From NCBI GenBank assembly GCA_019358935.1, contig JAHHIK010000100.1, forward strand, positions 1-29,271: 29,271 nucleotides of DNA, in the 5' to 3' direction. A program made the position numbers and the translations under genes. The notes beneath the pieces were generated by a model. That model saw nothing but the letters and a program-made list of their open reading frames with translations. It did not search any database and was not told the origin of the DNA. Of the stretch, positions 26,911-29,271 are shown one piece after another; the first letter of the stretch is position 1, and each line of letters begins with the position of its first letter. The stretch is from Tolypothrix carrinoi HA7290-LM1 (GTDB lineage: Bacteria > Cyanobacteriota > Cyanobacteriia > Cyanobacteriales > Nostocaceae).

Positions 26911-27492
26911 AGTAAAGTCCTCACGAATGTAAATTATTTTTGAAAAGCGCACAATCACAGAAACAACTTAGGTTGCAATTACGACTTTCAAATTAAGGGC
27001 AAAATTGAAAATTGCTGTGCAAAATGCCACAGCAGGTTCTACGCGCAACCTAAGATAATCAAGTGGTAGTGACATTGCCCTAATTACTTTTGAGGTTGGT
27101 TAAATCCAAAGTTGAAAAAACCAACCTTTGCTGTGCTACTTGGATGATTTGAATAAGCAAATATCAAGTTAGTCAGCTTTGAGTGAAATTTCTCTGAACC
27201 TGGTACTAAGTTAACTAGCAAAAGATACAAAGCAAACAGTGTTAATACGCAAAATAAACGCAGTGAAATAAACTGCGTCAAAATACCGATTTTCAGCGTA
27301 TTTATGTAAAGTTATCTTCAAATCAGCTTGAAGCGCTGGAAATTACGTTTTCATTTCCATCACTCGTCTATATTAATATACAGATAAATCATCCTCCCTA
27401 GGACAGATTTTGTGATTACACACTTTCAACCCGCTGGTGGAATTAACACCACATGAAAACTAATGCACAGGTCTTGGCATTAGATTAGCGCA

Positions 27493-27556
27493 TTGACACT
27501 GCCCTGGCTATCAAAACTTCGCTGTCGCTCGTTTTGATTTAAAGCCAGGGGATTCT
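27493..27556 (-). mobile_element. Right end of the IS200/IS605 tnpB element (3' part of the omegaRNA scaffold)
   Basis: The - strand reads GAATCCCCTGGCTTT-[insert]-AGCCAGGGCAGTGTCAA, ending in TCAA at 27496-27493, directly after the tnpB stop. Confidence 0.75.
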
Positions 27557-27565
27557 ACATTCTTC

Positions 27566-28789
27566 CTAGTTACTTGCTCGCTTCTGGGTTTCCTCAATCA
27601 GAGTAGAGGTCACTAGTCCTGTAGCGTTACTTCGGGACTGTCCGTCCCTAGCTTGTTTTCCAAGATTCAGAATATTTATTGCTGCGTTCACATCTCTTTG
27701 CATTTCGCAACCACAGCTACATTTATGGGTACGAGTTGAAAGAGACTTTTTCACAATTGCACCGCAATCAGAACACTTTTGAGAAGTCATTCTAGGATTG
27801 ACGGCAACAACTGTTGTACCGAACTTAACAGCAAAATATTCTAACCAACGACGGAATAGACTCCAAGCTACATCATTGATAGACTTGGCAAGACAATGAT
27901 TTTTTACCATGCCTTTGACATTCAAGTTTTCATAGGCGACTAAAGCGTTAGCTTTGCATACGTTACGCGCGATTCTCTTCGCGTGTTCATTCCGCTGCCT
28001 ATTTACTCTTAAATGCTTCCGAGCATATCTCTGTCTTGCTTTGCGTCGTTGGTTCTTTCCCTTTTCTTTCTTGTAGATTTGACGTTGAGCGTGTTTAATA
28101 GCTTTCTCGGCTTTCCTTAAAAACCTTGGATTTTCTTCGTGATGTTTGTTGGAATCAGAGTAGAAAAACTCAAGCCCAACGTCAAGACCTACCTCACCGT
28201 CAGCTATCCTAACCTCAGTCTTAACCTCGACATCAATAGCAAATTGACAGTAGTAACCATCAGCTTTTTTAACTAACCGAACGCGCTTAATTGATTTGAC
28301 TGGATAGGTTTGAATATCCCATTTGCCTAACAGCTTGACTTCACCAATACTTTTTTTGTCGGTAAAACTGATGCGTCGTTTTGTCGGGTGCAATGACCAT
28401 CCAGAAGTCTTATATTCAACTGAGCGATTATCTTTTTGGAAGCGTGGAAACCCGCAAAGTCTGCCGGACAGAGTATTCTGTCCGGCGAGCTTTGCCTTTC
28501 TACCTAGCTTTTTAGATTTACAATTGCTGTAAAATCTATCAATAGCACTCCATGCTCGCTCAGTAGCCGACTGACAAGCCATTGAATTTAAATCTGCAAC
28601 AAAACTAAACTCTTTACGCAGTGCTGTTGAGTAATTATTTAAAGCTATTTTATTAACTTTTGCTTCTCTAGGTGCATCCATCCAATATCTGACAGCTTTA
28701 TTTCTGATGAATTGGGTAGTCCTAATAGCCTCATCAATTGCTTGATATTGCTGTTGCTTACCTTTCACTTTGTACTCTAGTACCAGCAC
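27566..28789 (-). CDS. tnpB: RNA-guided endonuclease TnpB (IS200/IS605 family)
   Basis: AAGGAGGT RBS; GFPRF; RuvC residues GLDVGL (D), AYENL (E), RDVNAAINIL (D); Zn finger TSQKCSDC..CSC. Confidence 0.95.
   Translation of the reverse strand: MLVLEYKVKGKQQQYQAIDEAIRTTQFIRNKAVRYWMDAPREAKVNKIALNNYSTALRKEFSFVADLNSMACQSATERAWSAIDRFYSNCKSKKLGRKAKLAGQNTLSGRLCGFPRFQKDNRSVEYKTSGWSLHPTKRRISFTDKKSIGEVKLLGKWDIQTYPVKSIKRVRLVKKADGYYCQFAIDVEVKTEVRIADGEVGLDVGLEFFYSDSNKHHEENPRFLRKAEKAIKHAQRQIYKKEKGKNQRRKARQRYARKHLRVNRQRNEHAKRIARNVCKANALVAYENLNVKGMVKNHCLAKSINDVAWSLFRRWLEYFAVKFGTTVVAVNPRMTSQKCSDCGAIVKKSLSTRTHKCSCGCEMQRDVNAAINILNLGKQARDGQSRSNATGLVTSTLIEETQKRASN
28454..28495. repeat. 42-nt in-frame palindromic insertion in tnpB
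   Basis: GCAAAGTCTGCCGGACAGAGTATTCTGTCCGGCGAGCTTTGC. Removing it restores LGRK-GFPRF. Confidence 0.85.
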
Positions 28790-28817
28790 TGCGTTATCAC
28801 CTCCTTGCCCTTTGTGT

Positions 28818-28850
28818 TATACTCCTAAGACTAACTTATATAGGAGTATA
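28818..28850. promoter_or_regulatory. Inverted repeat between divergent tnpB and RHH genes; candidate operator
   Basis: TATACTCCTA-N13-TAGGAGTATA with perfect 10-bp arms. Confidence 0.55.
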
Positions 28851-28856
28851 TGTCAA

Positions 28857-29006
28857 ATGGCAAGAGGCAAAAAAATGCAGTTTTATTTATCTGACCAAGA
28901 ATATATTTTGCTTCAAGAATACGCTGAGGATAGGCAAATATCAATGGCAGAAGTATTACGAGATTATCAGGACTTACGCAACTGGCACATTGCGATCGCC
29001 AATTAG
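28857..29006 (+). CDS. Ribbon-helix-helix (CopG-like) protein divergent from tnpB; C-terminus replaced by IS sequence
   Basis: MARGKKMQFYLSDQEYILLQEYAEDRQISMAEVLRDY follows the RHH pattern; residues from 28968 (QDLRNW...) derive from the IS terminus. Confidence 0.7.
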   Translation: MARGKKMQFYLSDQEYILLQEYAEDRQISMAEVLRDYQDLRNWHIAIAN

Positions 29007-29271
29007 TAGTAATTTAGTACTAGAAACAAGTATTTCTGAAATCAGCCCTTTTTAGAATTGTTGATAGAAATGAATCAAGTAGATTCCGGGAAAAATTTTA
29101 TGAGACAATAAGTAGAGGGTGCATAAAAAAATTAGTTAGCAATTAAATTTACTAAACTTAATTATTGTCAATATTTACTTAGTAGTCAAATTAACTATGC
29201 AATGACTAATTTAGCAGAGCACTTAGAAAATATTAGTCATGATAAAATTAATTATTATTTAAAAAATCAAA
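28968..29271 (+). mobile_element. Left part of an IS701-like element, running off the window
   Basis: Terminus CAGGACTTACGCAACTGGCACA, followed ~170 nt later by a transposase-like N-terminus. Confidence 0.7.
29142..29271 (+). pseudogene. IS701-family transposase N-terminus (partial; ATT in place of the expected ATG)
   Basis: IKFTKLNYCQYLLSSQINYAMTNLAEHLENISHDKINYYLKNQ, recognised from memory as a cyanobacterial IS701-type transposase start; absent from the ORF track. Confidence 0.65.

Noticed and set aside
27084..27281. 65-aa hydrophobic ORF upstream of the pilin gene
   Set aside because: TTG start, no clear RBS and no recognisable motif. It cannot be supported, though it is not excluded.
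27566..28789. Nuclease-dead TnpB or Cas12 effector
   Set aside because: The RuvC D/E/D residues are intact, the size is typical of TnpB, an IS end is adjacent and there is no array.
28738..29055. 105-aa ORF and other short overlapping ORFs in the track
   Set aside because: They overlap better-supported genes on other frames and have no family motifs.
1..29271. Composite transposon formed by the two same-family IS605 ends around the adhesion genes
   Set aside because: Only the inner ends are visible, no tnpA is present, and the interval contains housekeeping-type genes with host-like HIP1 content. Independent insertions are the simpler explanation.

Overview
Filamentous, heterocyst-type cyanobacterial DNA (Nostocales-like), judged from frequent HIP1 GCGATCGC octamers, heptameric STRR arrays, xisH/xisI and many small palindromic repeats. 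The window is dominated by a ~24 kb cluster of surface-structure genes. (1) A five-gene + strand cluster (3236-15109) encodes four Sec-exported DUF11/isopeptide-type Ig proteins and a large predicted outer-membrane beta-barrel. The N-termini of two subunits carry the Asn-containing beta-hairpin that the C-terminal domains of the others lack, which suggests a fibre polymerised by donor-hairpin complementation and possibly intermolecular Lys-Asn isopeptide bonds. (2) A chaperone-usher pilus set on the - strand (pilin, chaperone, usher, two further pilins) is split by (3) an RTX/cadherin adhesin gene and an orphan xisHI pair. On the left lie a thrC-like gene with a sulfur-carrier gene and an Rrf2/IscR-like operator, a small pseudogene and an IS200/IS605 end. 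On the right is a tnpB element carrying two palindromic micro-insertions, whose RHH gene is interrupted by an IS701-like element. All calls come from motif recognition by eye; no database searches were run.
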